A stretch of 64,000 nt of DNA from Flavobacteriales bacterium (GCA_046073985.1 JBJTNI010000027.1:64052-128051), one strand, 5' to 3'; positions 1-10,164 are shown, counted from the first letter of the stretch. Translations and numbers: made by a program. Notes: generated by a model not told the origin, from the letters alone.

Positions 1-20
1 CATCAAAAGAAGTAAAAGAA

Positions 21-326
21 ATGCAAGGTGTTGTCAAGAATTATTTTGTCAAAGAAACTGGTTCAAAAGCCTCAGTTCAAGGTGCCAAAGTAATGAAACA
101 ACAAGCGAAAAAACTAACCCATCATTTACAAAAAGCTACCGACAACAGCACAGATGACGTGCCTTATCTTTTGTTGTTTATTTTGTGTTTTATTTTTCCT
201 CCTATTGTAGTAGGTCTTGTTACTGACTGGGATACTGAAATAATCATTTACAATTTACTCTGGTGCGTCCTTTGTGGTTTCCCTGGGATCATTCATGCGC
301 TTATCATCCTTGGCCGATACAGATAA
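21..326 (+). CDS. YqaE/Pmp3-family small membrane protein with N-terminal extension (start uncertain; frame stays open to the window edge)
   Basis: C-terminal ~55 aa is a two-helix hydrophobic hairpin (PYLLLFILCFIFPPIVVGL...GFPGIIHALIILG), typical of Pmp3/UPF0057 proteolipids. Confidence 0.55.
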   Translation: MQGVVKNYFVKETGSKASVQGAKVMKQQAKKLTHHLQKATDNSTDDVPYLLLFILCFIFPPIVVGLVTDWDTEIIIYNLLWCVLCGFPGIIHALIILGRYR

Positions 327-630
327 AATACGGCAATACATCAAATTTGGCGGGCTCATCGCACTCCCAATGGTTTTGGAGTCTTTGCCCGCCTCTTTTT
401 TTGATACTGGGCAATCTTTATGTTTGTCGGTTTTATTATTGCATAAAGAATGCCTTGCTTGTGGCATTACACGTGCCATCCAACACCTCATTCATCTAGA
501 TTTTGAAGCGGCTTGGCATTTCAATAAGCTTGTAGTAATTGTGTTTCCTATTTTGGCCTTTTTGTGGCTCAAATGGACATATTCGGCTTGGCGAAGCGTC
601 AATTCAAAAGGTCACCCAAACGCTGAGTAG
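274..630 (+). CDS. DUF2752-like membrane protein (start uncertain; alternatives at 295 or 370)
   Basis: CLACGITRA motif (CxxCGxTR) followed by hydrophobic helices. As drawn it overlaps the previous ORF. Confidence 0.5.
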   Translation: MVSLGSFMRLSSLADTDKIRQYIKFGGLIALPMVLESLPASFFDTGQSLCLSVLLLHKECLACGITRAIQHLIHLDFEAAWHFNKLVVIVFPILAFLWLKWTYSAWRSVNSKGHPNAE

Positions 631-1015
631 CAGCGTTAATGCTTCGGCGAGTTTCTGATGGATCAAAATGAGCCAGCTGCCATTGATCTTGTTCCAAAAC
701 CAAAGTACTCATGCGATTGAATAAATTGATGCCCAATTCTTCGGACAAGGCTTTGATGCGGTGATTGATTTTATCCATGGAACAGCCAGACGCTTTTACA
801 CCTTCTTCGTTGGCAACCAAAACAAGCGCAGCATTTTCAAAAACAAAACCAGTGGCGTTCATGGCTTGTCCGTGAGTTTGCCAAGTTGCGGTAAAAGCTA
901 GCAGTTGTTCTTGAGCCCAAGCACTTTCTGTTTCAGAAAGTTTGCGCTCAGCAACAAAGACCCAAACCCTACAATTAGAGTCAAAGGATTCAGCAATATT
1001 ATAAGTCTGCGGCAT
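599..1015 (-). CDS. conserved hypothetical protein, last gene of the amidase-MlaD-FeS operon
   Basis: 138-aa ORF whose start overlaps the upstream Fe-S gene's stop by 17 nt. No motif recognised. Confidence 0.55.
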   Translation of the reverse strand: MPQTYNIAESFDSNCRVWVFVAERKLSETESAWAQEQLLAFTATWQTHGQAMNATGFVFENAALVLVANEEGVKASGCSMDKINHRIKALSEELGINLFNRMSTLVLEQDQWQLAHFDPSETRRSINAATQRLGDLLN

Positions 1016-1787
1016 TTGCGATAAGTTCAGCGATATCTAGTACTTTAACGTCTTCTTCTTTTTCGAAATGCTTAATGCCGTCTGTCATCATGGTATTGCA
1101 AAATGGACAACCTGTAGCAATGATGCCAGCAGTTGTTTCGAGGGCATCCTCGGTGCGTTCAATATTGATTTCTTTGTTGCCTTTTTCAGCTTCCTTAAAC
1201 ATTTGTGCACCTCCGGCACCACAACATAACCCATTGGTTTTGCAACGCTTCATTTCTACAAGCGCAGCATCGAGTTTTTCTATGAGGGCACGAGGGGCTT
1301 CGTAAACATCGTTGGCCCGACCCAAGTAACAAGGATCGTGGAATGTAATTTTTTTGCCTTTAAAGGTGCCGTTGTCGGCAAGTGTAAGTTTGCCTGTGTT
1401 GATGAGGTCTTGAATAAGTTGGGTATGATGAATGACTTCATAGGTGCCACCTAGTTCAGGATACTCATTTTTCAGGGTATTGAAACAATGCGGACAAGCA
1501 GTAACGATTTTTTTGACTTCATAGCCATTGAGTAATTCGATGTTCATCAAGGCTTGCATTTGGAAAGTAAATTCGTTTCCAGCCCTTTTAGCTGGGTCAC
1601 CGGTGCAGCTTTCTTCAGCACCGAGTACTGCAAAGTTTACTTTACAGTGGTTCAGGATCTTGACCACTGCTTTTGTAATTTTTTTTGCGCGGTCATCAAA
1701 TGAACCGGCACAACCGACCCAAAATAAAATTTCTGGCGCTTCTCCTGAGGCCATCATGTCGGCCATTGTACGTACTTGTAGACTCAT
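999..1787 (-). CDS. (Fe-S)-binding protein, CCG-domain subunit (heterodisulfide reductase/GlcF-like)
   Basis: Cys-rich CCG-type motifs (LCCGAGG, TGCPFC, TACPHC). Paired with the upstream 4Fe-4S membrane protein. Confidence 0.8.
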   Translation of the reverse strand: MSLQVRTMADMMASGEAPEILFWVGCAGSFDDRAKKITKAVVKILNHCKVNFAVLGAEESCTGDPAKRAGNEFTFQMQALMNIELLNGYEVKKIVTACPHCFNTLKNEYPELGGTYEVIHHTQLIQDLINTGKLTLADNGTFKGKKITFHDPCYLGRANDVYEAPRALIEKLDAALVEMKRCKTNGLCCGAGGAQMFKEAEKGNKEINIERTEDALETTAGIIATGCPFCNTMMTDGIKHFEKEEDVKVLDIAELIANAADL

Positions 1788-1801
1788 TTGCTTGACTTTA
1801 C

Positions 1802-3106
1802 TTAATCTTCGTTAGCCCAATTTAAGCGCTCTGTGGCAGCAAACTGCCAAGGTGCGCCGTTGTTTTCAATATTTGTAAGCATTCCTGTTAGTTCAGAAGG
1901 CACTTTTGATTCTTCCATGACAAGAAAGCGACGTAAATCGATGATGATCGAAAGTGGATCTATGTTGACTGGGCATTCTTGCACACAGGCATTACAACTT
2001 GTACAAGCCCAAAGTTCTTCTTCGCTGATATAAGAGCCAAGTAAGCTTTTTCCATCTTCGGCATCAGGGCCGTTTTTGCGTTTGTAATCGCCGAGTTCAA
2101 CCATGCGGTCTCGGGTATCCATCATGATTTTGCGCGGAGATAGCAGTTTGCCAGTGGTGTTGGCAGGGCAAGCAGAAGTGCAGCGGCCACATTCTGTACA
2201 ACTGTAAGCGTCCATGAGGTTTTTCCAAGTGAGGTCGGTGACATCTTTGGCACCAAAGCGGGCAGGAGTGGCGTCTGAAGGTGCTGCTGCATAGGGGTCA
2301 GCGTTGGGGTCAAGCATGAGTTTGACCTCGTTAGTGACGCTTTGCATATTGGTGAATTGTCCTTTTGGCTCTAATTTCGAATAAAAAGTATTCGGGAAGG
2401 CCATGAAAATATGCAAGTGCTTGGAATAGGGTAGGTAATTCATGAAGGTATAGACCATGATGATGTGGCCCCACCAACCAATTTGCTCTAGTAAATGCAG
2501 GGTGTGATTGCTTTGTCCGTCAAATAAAATAGGACCCAACCAAGAGCTGATGGCAAATCCATTTGAATTTCCGCCATAAGACACTAAAACTTCATCGGCG
2601 CCATTCATGGTAAAAATACAGGCAATCAGGATAATTTCCATGATGAGGATGAGGTTGGCATCTTGGGTAGGCCATCCGGCAAGCTCTTTCATGCTGAGTC
2701 GAGGTAATTTGAGCAAATTACGGCGGGCTAAAAAGGCAAGCGTTCCGATAAATGCAAGCACAGATAACACCTCAATAAAACTGATCATGAAGGTGTAAAA
2801 TCCGCCAAGACTTGTTTGAAAATACCTGTGAGAACCTGAAAGGCCGTCGACAAGAATTTCAATGAGCTCTATTTGGGTGATCACGAATGCTGCGTAAAGC
2901 GCTAAGTGAAGCAGTGCGGGAATAGGGCGGGTAAACATCTTTTTTTGACCCAAGGCAACTAATAACATGGTACGCCAGCGCGCTGCTTTGTTGTCTGATC
3001 GGTTGAGGGGCTGACCCATATGGATGTTTTGGGCAATTTTGCGGAGGTTGAGCGCAAAGAAACCAAAACTAAAGAGCGTAAGAACGCCAAAGATTATTTG
3101 TTGCAT
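1802..3106 (-). CDS. membrane-anchored 4Fe-4S dicluster protein
   Basis: N-terminal multi-TM region plus two ferredoxin motifs, CTECGRCTSACP and CTSCNACVQECP. Confidence 0.8.
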   Translation of the reverse strand: MQQIIFGVLTLFSFGFFALNLRKIAQNIHMGQPLNRSDNKAARWRTMLLVALGQKKMFTRPIPALLHLALYAAFVITQIELIEILVDGLSGSHRYFQTSLGGFYTFMISFIEVLSVLAFIGTLAFLARRNLLKLPRLSMKELAGWPTQDANLILIMEIILIACIFTMNGADEVLVSYGGNSNGFAISSWLGPILFDGQSNHTLHLLEQIGWWGHIIMVYTFMNYLPYSKHLHIFMAFPNTFYSKLEPKGQFTNMQSVTNEVKLMLDPNADPYAAAPSDATPARFGAKDVTDLTWKNLMDAYSCTECGRCTSACPANTTGKLLSPRKIMMDTRDRMVELGDYKRKNGPDAEDGKSLLGSYISEEELWACTSCNACVQECPVNIDPLSIIIDLRRFLVMEESKVPSELTGMLTNIENNGAPWQFAATERLNWANED

Positions 3107-3115
3107 GATGTTCGA

Positions 3116-4153
3116 TTATTCAGGCAAGCTGTCGAGCATTTTTTGAAGCTTGTCTTCGTTTTTCTTTGAAAGTTGTAGTCCTTTAGATTTTCCGCCAATG
3201 AGCGATAAATGAACATAACGCTCTGGGTGGGCCTGAAGGTCAGTGACTAAATTTTGGAGGTCGTTGTTGGTGCCAACTAATTCAGTGTAGAGTTTTTCAT
3301 CGTGTATGAGTTTACCTAAAGTTCCTTGACCAGCCTCTACTTCTGCGAGCACCATATTGAACTTTTTAAGAGTGGTTTGGGCATCGAGAATGGTTCCTTT
3401 GAAATCAGCAGTAACGAGGTCGTCGGTGATTTTACGTGTATTTCCAATGATGCCTGTTATTTGATCGTTGCTGCGCTTGAGGTTAAGGGTAATGGACTCA
3501 ACGTTGGACATAATTTTACTGAATTGAGCTCTTTCTGAAGCCACAAAACCCTGTAGTTCGTCAGCTACTCGACCCAATTTTTTAATTGTCATTTTGACTT
3601 CTTTCAAACTGCCTTCGAGTTCAGAGGTGGCAGTGGTATCCCAAAAAGAAGAAAGCGATTCTACCATGTTGTCGATGGAAAGCATCATGGTTTGAAGCTT
3701 TTGAGAAATTGGATCCGCGTATGCTTTTACCTGAGAAACCATATCTACAGATAAGCGTCCTGGAATTGTGGCACCAATGGGATAATACTGACCATTCCCT
3801 GCAAGTGGCAATTGAACAATTAAAGCCTTACTAAAGAAATCGAGTGAACCAATTTCTACGATGGTACCTTTTGGAAGCCTGATGTCAGTGTTATGGATGT
3901 TGAAAGTGAGCTTGACACGGTGCAGTGAATCGCCTTTAGGGTTAGATTCTATGCTAAGGACTTTTCCAATTTCAACGCCATTTAGCGTAACATTAGAGGA
4001 AACCATTAACTGACCAGAATTTGGGAAATAAGCTGTATAGACGTCGTCTCCGCCAAAGAAACTATTTCCTTTGAGGAAATTGACACCTGCTATCAGGACA
4101 ACAATGGCAAAAATAGCAATGAGCGCTGCCTTTATTTCTTTGGTAAATTTCAA
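3116..4153 (-). CDS. MlaD/MCE-family protein
   Basis: N-terminal TM anchor, then an MCE-like beta domain (VSSNVTLNGVEIGKV) and a long helical C-terminus. Confidence 0.75.
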   Translation of the reverse strand: MKFTKEIKAALIAIFAIVVLIAGVNFLKGNSFFGGDDVYTAYFPNSGQLMVSSNVTLNGVEIGKVLSIESNPKGDSLHRVKLTFNIHNTDIRLPKGTIVEIGSLDFFSKALIVQLPLAGNGQYYPIGATIPGRLSVDMVSQVKAYADPISQKLQTMMLSIDNMVESLSSFWDTTATSELEGSLKEVKMTIKKLGRVADELQGFVASERAQFSKIMSNVESITLNLKRSNDQITGIIGNTRKITDDLVTADFKGTILDAQTTLKKFNMVLAEVEAGQGTLGKLIHDEKLYTELVGTNNDLQNLVTDLQAHPERYVHLSLIGGKSKGLQLSKKNEDKLQKMLDSLPE

Positions 4154-4157
4154 GCTT

Positions 4158-5399
4158 TTATTTTTCTGCTAATTTAATCGCTTTTTCAATACTGATGCGC
4201 TCTCCATTTAGGAAAGCAACAACAAAAGCATGCTCAAAACCCTTTTCAATGAGCTCATTTTTATAATTTTTAGCTCCTTGTAGGTCATTTGGAAAGACAC
4301 CAGTGCAGTATTTGTAAAGTGTATTGTCTTGATATTCAAATACATCCAAGCCTTTAAAGCGACTAGAATTTTTGGGTAATACTTGAGTGGAGGTTTCAAT
4401 TTGCACCCGAAAAATCAAACCATCTGTTTTTGAAGAATTTGTTTTTTGGTCCGTAGAATTACTGCTGGTATCCTTGTTTTCTGATGGTTTGTTTTCAATA
4501 GGTTTTGTCTCTGTTGGTTTTGATTCAATAGGTTTCGTTTCAATTGGTTTAGGTTCTGTGGGTTTGCTTTCAGTGGTTCCTGTGGTGGCAGACTTACCTT
4601 CGGTGGCGTTCTTAAAATTAACAAAAGCCTGAAACATTGCTTGTGCCATTTTTTGCTGCCCTTCGGCAGATCCAATTAATTTTTCTTCAGTTGGATTCGG
4701 CAAAAAAGCCGTTTCGATCAGGACGCTCGGCATCGTAGTTTTGTAGAGAACGAGGAATCCTGCTTGCTTGACACCACGGTCATAACGACCAATTCGCTTG
4801 AATTCTTTTTGGATCATTTCTGCAAAAAGGATGGATTGTCTGTGAAAAACTGCCAATTGGAACTGCAGTGCGATGATCCCGTCAGGGGTTAGGTCGTATG
4901 ATCTGTATTTGGCGCCTTTGTCGTCTTCCAAAGAGATACTCGCATTTTCGCGCTCGGCAACCTTTTGTTGTGCGTCAGTGCGGTGTAATCCGAGTACGTA
5001 AGTTTCAGAACCATAGGCTGTTGTACTTCCGGCATTGGCATGAATACAGATGAATAAGTCGGCATTGTTTCGATTTGCTATGTTGGCACGCTCTGCAAGT
5101 TCAACAAAGACATCGGTGGTGCGGGTATAGATGACCTTCACATCAGGATAACGGTCTTTGATGAGGGCACCGAGTTTAAGTGCCATAGACAAACAGACTT
5201 CTTTTTCATTATTGCTGGCCCCATGACAACCGGGGTCGTGCCCACCGTGTCCGGCATCGATAACCACTGTTTTGATCTTGCCGGCTTGTGCATGTGCGAG
5301 TTGCTGGAAAAAGAAGTTCAGCCCAACCAATAAAAACAGTCTGAGTGCGTTCTTTTGCAAGCCATTGAAAATTGGTAGCTTTGTGTGTTTTTCTTGCAT
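4158..5399 (-). CDS. N-acetylmuramoyl-L-alanine amidase (Amidase_3) with repeat linker and SPOR-like C-terminal domain
   Basis: VVIDAGHGGHDPG and CIHANA amidase motifs, a KP(I/T)E(T/S) pentapeptide linker, and a C-terminal FRVQI...GFEHAFVVAF SPOR-like fold. Confidence 0.85.
   Translation of the reverse strand: MQEKHTKLPIFNGLQKNALRLFLLVGLNFFFQQLAHAQAGKIKTVVIDAGHGGHDPGCHGASNNEKEVCLSMALKLGALIKDRYPDVKVIYTRTTDVFVELAERANIANRNNADLFICIHANAGSTTAYGSETYVLGLHRTDAQQKVAERENASISLEDDKGAKYRSYDLTPDGIIALQFQLAVFHRQSILFAEMIQKEFKRIGRYDRGVKQAGFLVLYKTTMPSVLIETAFLPNPTEEKLIGSAEGQQKMAQAMFQAFVNFKNATEGKSATTGTTESKPTEPKPIETKPIESKPTETKPIENKPSENKDTSSNSTDQKTNSSKTDGLIFRVQIETSTQVLPKNSSRFKGLDVFEYQDNTLYKYCTGVFPNDLQGAKNYKNELIEKGFEHAFVVAFLNGERISIEKAIKLAEK
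4484..4589 (-). repeat. tandem ~15-nt (pentapeptide) repeats encoding KPTEP/KPIET/KPIES/KPTET/KPIEN/KPSEN in the amidase linker
   Basis: Direct reading of DNA and protein; imperfect period of 15 nt. Confidence 0.8.
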
Positions 5400-5403
5400 A
5401 TTA

Positions 5404-5411
5404 CAAATCTA
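5404..5411 (-). promoter_or_regulatory. Bacteroidota -7 box TAGATTTG, 4 nt upstream of the amidase ATG
   Basis: Exact TAnnTTTG match on the minus strand. Confidence 0.45.
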
Positions 5412-5422
5412 AGTAGCCCCTC

Positions 5423-7948
5423 TTGAGTCAAAGACTTCGTATCGCACAACTTTTCTTCGTCACATTGTTAATAATGTGTCCGTTGGGTTTCGTTACAGCT
5501 CAAGATACCCTTTTTGTCAATGGCGAAAGTCTCAATGAAATAGTTACATACAAGGCAAGCGAAAAGATTGTTCACGACGTGAAGAACCGTCGGATTTACC
5601 TTTATGGTGCGGCAGAAATACAAACTGAGGGCTATGCGATCAAATCTGGTTATATTTTGATTGACCTCGATTCGAGTCAAATAGAGGCCAAGTATCGCCT
5701 CGATTCTATTGGGAAGCCTCAAGAGTTTCCTGAACTTACTGAAGGCAGCCAAACCATCACATGCGAATCATTGAAATTCAATTACCGCACTGAAAAAGCG
5801 TATATTAAGGCTTTGGCAATGAAGCAAGATGAATTTTATTTTCAAATGGGCACAGCCAAGCGCCAAGCCAATGATGAATTACATTTAAAACAAGGTATTT
5901 TAACGACCTGTGATTTAGCAGAGCCCCATTACCATTTTCAATTGAGCAAAGGAGTTTTGGTGCCAAATGAAAGAATTGTAACAGGCCCAATGAACTTGTA
6001 TGTGTCGGGTATTCCTACTCCGTTGGGTTTACCATTCGCTTTTATCCCAACTAATCAAAAAGAGCGTACTTCGGGGCTTTTGTTTCCTGAATTTGTTCCG
6101 TTGTCAGCATATGGTTTTGGCTTTCAAAATTTGGGTTGGTATTTTCCGATCAACGAGCGCTTTCAAACATCGGTGTATGCCAATCTTTATAGCCGAGGAT
6201 CATGGGGCTTGCGCAATGACCTCGATTACGCCAAACGCTATGGCTACAATGGCCGTCTTTCACTCGGTTTTCAGCAATTCAATAGCGGTTTTCCGACCAA
6301 TACCAAGCAAAATAAAGTCACCATAGTATGGTCCCATAGAAAAGCTCCAAAATCAAATCCGTTTTGGGATTTTTCATCGAATGTAAATTTTATTTCCGAC
6401 AACAATTCCAAGAATTCGTTAGATCCGATCAACCCAGAATATTTCAATAATAGCTTTAACTCAGATATCAATTTAGCCCGAAATTTCCCAGGAAAACCAA
6501 TCAATACGGGCCTCAAGATGTCATTGCGACAAAACTCGAAGTCCAAAACGGTTTCATTGCTCAGCCCCGTCATGAATGTCAATGTCACCCGCATTTTTCC
6601 ATTCAAAAACACCTTTGAGACGGCTGACAAAAACTGGAAGAAAACCATTCAAAGGATTGGGCTTACCTACAATTTTGAGGGTCAGAACCGCGCCCAATTT
6701 GCCGATTCTTTAATGAGTACGGCCAACTTTGCTGCGATAAATCAAACCATGATGAATGGCTTGAGTCAGAGTCTGACCATTCAAACAAGTACCGGTCTTT
6801 TCAAGAATGCGCTCAAAATCAATCCAAACTTAAGTTATGGCAATAAGATCAATTTTCAGCAAATTGAGAAAAGCTATAACCCACTTACAAACAACACGAA
6901 AATCGATACTATTCAGAAACCATCAATGTCTCATGAGTTGAATTTTAACTTGAGTGCAACTACAGTTTTGTATGCATACTACAAATTTGCTGGTAAGAAA
7001 CAAACGCGTTTGCGCCATCTCATGACACCAAATATTGGCTACCGCTATACACCAGGTTGGAATCCTTTGCTTACTGTAAATGCCGGACCAAATCAAAGTC
7101 TTATCACGTATTCACCATTTGAAAGAAGTATATATGGCGTTGGTTCAACAAGAGAGGCATCATTGCTCACTTTTGGTATCAATAATACCGCAGAGATCAA
7201 GTTTAAATCTGCTCAAGATACTGTTACAGGCTTCAAGAAAATCCGACTCATTGACCAATTTTCTGTTACGGGTAACTATGACTTCACCAAGGATACCATG
7301 AAGCTATCCAATTTATCTTTGAATCTCAGAATAAGCCCGGCTAACTGGATCAATTTTGTTTCCAATGCAAATTGGAGCCCATACGGCTGGAATGCCAACG
7401 GGCAAACAATCAAAGACTATGCTTGGCAAACAGGTCAGCAATTGGGTAGGCTAACTACTACTAATCTCACCACAACAATGGTCATTGCGCCGCGCAAAGA
7501 CCGTAAAAAGTTACAGGATCACACCACTTTATTCAATGAACAAGACTGGAATGCCGATTTTAATTTTTATGCGCTGCATCCGGAACGGGCCATTTTTTAT
7601 GACATACCTTGGAAAGTCAATTTATCTCATGTCTATGGCATTCAAGCCAATCAAGATATCAGCTTGGAAAATCCAGATCCATGGAGTTTTGTACAGACTT
7701 TAGTTTTCAGCGGCGACATCAGTTTTACCAAACGTTGGAATTTATCGGGTAATTTGAATTTTAATTTACAAGACCAAAGACTGACCAACGCATATTTTTC
7801 GTTGAATAGAAATATGCACTGTTGGGCGCTTTCATTTTACTACGTTCCGGTAGGAGGCAATAAAAGTTTCTTGCTGACAATTCGCAATACATCGAGTATT
7901 TTCCGAGATGCGAAATTAGAATTCCGCAAACCACCTTCTTTCCTTTAA
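5423..7948 (+). CDS. lptD: LptD/OstA-like LPS-assembly outer-membrane protein (TTG start)
   Basis: Signal peptide, OstA-like N-terminal beta-jellyroll segment (YLYGAAEIQTEGYAIKSGYILIDL), long beta-rich C-terminus. Divergent from the amidase, as commonly seen in Flavobacteriia. Confidence 0.7.
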   Translation: MSQRLRIAQLFFVTLLIMCPLGFVTAQDTLFVNGESLNEIVTYKASEKIVHDVKNRRIYLYGAAEIQTEGYAIKSGYILIDLDSSQIEAKYRLDSIGKPQEFPELTEGSQTITCESLKFNYRTEKAYIKALAMKQDEFYFQMGTAKRQANDELHLKQGILTTCDLAEPHYHFQLSKGVLVPNERIVTGPMNLYVSGIPTPLGLPFAFIPTNQKERTSGLLFPEFVPLSAYGFGFQNLGWYFPINERFQTSVYANLYSRGSWGLRNDLDYAKRYGYNGRLSLGFQQFNSGFPTNTKQNKVTIVWSHRKAPKSNPFWDFSSNVNFISDNNSKNSLDPINPEYFNNSFNSDINLARNFPGKPINTGLKMSLRQNSKSKTVSLLSPVMNVNVTRIFPFKNTFETADKNWKKTIQRIGLTYNFEGQNRAQFADSLMSTANFAAINQTMMNGLSQSLTIQTSTGLFKNALKINPNLSYGNKINFQQIEKSYNPLTNNTKIDTIQKPSMSHELNFNLSATTVLYAYYKFAGKKQTRLRHLMTPNIGYRYTPGWNPLLTVNAGPNQSLITYSPFERSIYGVGSTREASLLTFGINNTAEIKFKSAQDTVTGFKKIRLIDQFSVTGNYDFTKDTMKLSNLSLNLRISPANWINFVSNANWSPYGWNANGQTIKDYAWQTGQQLGRLTTTNLTTTMVIAPRKDRKKLQDHTTLFNEQDWNADFNFYALHPERAIFYDIPWKVNLSHVYGIQANQDISLENPDPWSFVQTLVFSGDISFTKRWNLSGNLNFNLQDQRLTNAYFSLNRNMHCWALSFYYVPVGGNKSFLLTIRNTSSIFRDAKLEFRKPPSFL

Positions 7949-7956
7949 TCTTACTT

Positions 7957-8841
7957 TCAATAAGAGATGCGTTCACCGCTGGCTTTGCCTACATGGTAGG
8001 TAAACTTGGCGCCTAAAAAGATGATCTGGGCCGAATAGTGCACCCAAGCCAACATCATAAAAATGGAATTTGCCACACCGAGCTGTCCCAACATGAAATA
8101 ATGTTGCAGGTAATAACTGAGTATCCATTGACTAAAATAAAGTAAAATGGAAGTGACGATTGCACCTTTCAAGGCTATCCTCCAACTTACTTTTGCATCG
8201 TGCATGTATTTGAATATCAGACTAAATATCAAAATGTTAGAAGCTATTGTCAAACCTGTTTGCAAAAGAGTAAATGAGAAGTCTATGAAACCGTTGTGCC
8301 AATGTATCCAGCTATTGAGCGCCGAAAAAACAAATACTTGAGCAAAGTAAAATAGGATGATGACCAATGCCAATACAGCCAAGAGTATAACGCTCAGAAA
8401 TCTAAACCCAATAATTTCCATGAAAAGATTGGTCTCGTGCCTATTTTTTTTAGTTACGTTGAAAAATTCGTTGAGACTTCGCTTCAAAGAAAGCATAAAT
8501 GCGGAACATGTATAGAGCAAAATGCCGATACTTACCAGCTCCAGAAAAAAGCTAGGTTTTTCTATTGATATAGAATCTACGAGGTGTAATATAGATTCTG
8601 TGTCTGTGAGGCCTAAGCCATCGTGCAGCAAGTCCGTCACTATAATCCTCATATTTTTTGCACCGATCATGCGACCATAGATTGAGGTAGTAAGGTAAAG
8701 TATCGGAATAAAAGCAAACAGGGTATAATAGGCCAATGCAGCACCATGATGAAATGCGCCTTGTTGGACATATTCTTTGAGTGCCTGCCAGAATGCCAGT
8801 AATTCTATCTGGAGTGGACGTTTATTTCCTTTTGATTTCAA
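7957..8841 (-). CDS. YihY/BrkB-family membrane protein
   Basis: About six TM helices and the family-typical N-terminus (GAALAYYTLFAFIPILYL). Confidence 0.75.
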   Translation of the reverse strand: MKSKGNKRPLQIELLAFWQALKEYVQQGAFHHGAALAYYTLFAFIPILYLTTSIYGRMIGAKNMRIIVTDLLHDGLGLTDTESILHLVDSISIEKPSFFLELVSIGILLYTCSAFMLSLKRSLNEFFNVTKKNRHETNLFMEIIGFRFLSVILLAVLALVIILFYFAQVFVFSALNSWIHWHNGFIDFSFTLLQTGLTIASNILIFSLIFKYMHDAKVSWRIALKGAIVTSILLYFSQWILSYYLQHYFMLGQLGVANSIFMMLAWVHYSAQIIFLGAKFTYHVGKASGERISY

Positions 8842-9739
8842 TAGCGTTCAGTTGAGTGAGGGGTTCAAATGCGTAAAGCAAGACCCTTTCTTTGCGTTCA
8901 GTTCTGAAGTAGTTGTGGTATAATCCGCCCACAAATACAGCTCTTTCAAATTGCAAAGGAATACCTGCTTGACAAATTTGGTATTCGTCTGGTCTAAAAT
9001 GCAGCAGGTTTTCTTGCCAATGTATGGTATTCAATGGTCCAAAGAGCCTGGCTTTTTCTGGGGCGGCATAGCGATAGTACAATGTTTCGGGTAGGTATTT
9101 TTTGGACAGTTTGCCATTTTGTAAAATGCAAATATGATCGCACAATCCAAGCACATCTTGCCCTTCGTGAGAAACCAACACAATCCCTGTATTTTCTGCA
9201 TCGCGAAGGTCCATGAGATAAGCGCTCAGTCGTTGCCTTAGATTGGCATCCAGATGCCCAAAAGGTTCGTCGAGTAAAAGATATTGAGGTTGATCTGCAA
9301 TGGCTCTTGCGATGGCAACACGTTGTTGCTCCCCTCCAGAGATGAGGTGTGCCTTTGTTTGACTAATATCTTTCAAACCAAAAAGTTGGAGCAACTTTTG
9401 GACGCGTTTATCTCGTTTAGCAATAGGCCAATGTAAAATGGCTTCTTTGATATTTTCGGCAACGGTATGAAATGGATCTAGCTTGAAGTCTTGATTGACA
9501 ATAGCAATGTTGGCGTATCCGGGTACTAAAAGTTGTCTGGCAGGCAGTTGTTTTTTTCCGTCAATCACTATGAATCCTTCCGAGCAATCTTGTAATCCTG
9601 CACAAATTTTAAGTAACGAAGATTTACCGGCACCACTCTTTCCTACCAAACCAAGAATTTCACCGCGTTTTACTTGCAGATTGATTCCTTTCAAGATGTC
9701 TTTGTCGTAGGAAAGTACAATTTTTTGAAGCTCGATCAT
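8822..9739 (-). CDS. ABC transporter ATP-binding protein with extra C-terminal domain (no cognate permease adjacent)
   Basis: Walker A GKSGAGKSS, signature ISGGEQQR, Walker B LLLDEPF, plus a ~90-aa C-terminal extension. Confidence 0.85.
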   Translation of the reverse strand: MIELQKIVLSYDKDILKGINLQVKRGEILGLVGKSGAGKSSLLKICAGLQDCSEGFIVIDGKKQLPARQLLVPGYANIAIVNQDFKLDPFHTVAENIKEAILHWPIAKRDKRVQKLLQLFGLKDISQTKAHLISGGEQQRVAIARAIADQPQYLLLDEPFGHLDANLRQRLSAYLMDLRDAENTGIVLVSHEGQDVLGLCDHICILQNGKLSKKYLPETLYYRYAAPEKARLFGPLNTIHWQENLLHFRPDEYQICQAGIPLQFERAVFVGGLYHNYFRTERKERVLLYAFEPLTQLNAIEIKRK

Positions 9740-10164
9740 CGGATGAGTGCTTTGGGGAATGATTTAGAGGCAATAAAAATACCGGGTACTGGGTTAGCCA
9801 TTGGCTCGTAGTCTTTTAAATAAATGCAAATTTCATGTCCTTGCTCGTTTTTGTTGAGTGTGCAATGATCGACAATACTGACAGATGCCCCGACAAATGT
9901 ATTTGGGTGTGCAGCTGTTGAAATTTCAAAAAGATGCATCTTAGGAATGTCATATGAAAACAATTCGTCGTTTTCATCATAACCCGCCAAGGTGTAAATC
10001 CCATCCGGGATCTCTTGAATGGCAGTGACTTCTCCTTGTATTTCAAGTTCGTCTTCCCACTCATAGCGGAGGTTATCTGCGGATTCTTTGCCTCCAAATT
10101 CACGATCAGCTAGCTCTTGTGAGTACAGATCATTGAGCAGGTAAATATGGATTTTACATTTCAT
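9736..10164 (-). CDS. hypothetical acidic cytoplasmic protein
   Basis: 142-aa ORF overlapping both neighbours (4 and 11 nt). No motif recognised. Confidence 0.5.
   Translation of the reverse strand: MKCKIHIYLLNDLYSQELADREFGGKESADNLRYEWEDELEIQGEVTAIQEIPDGIYTLAGYDENDELFSYDIPKMHLFEISTAAHPNTFVGASVSIVDHCTLNKNEQGHEICIYLKDYEPMANPVPGIFIASKSFPKALIR

Noticed and set aside
6271-6648. 125-aa ORF antisense to the LptD-like gene
   Set aside because: Shadow ORF; the plus-strand frame is continuous for 841 aa with family features.
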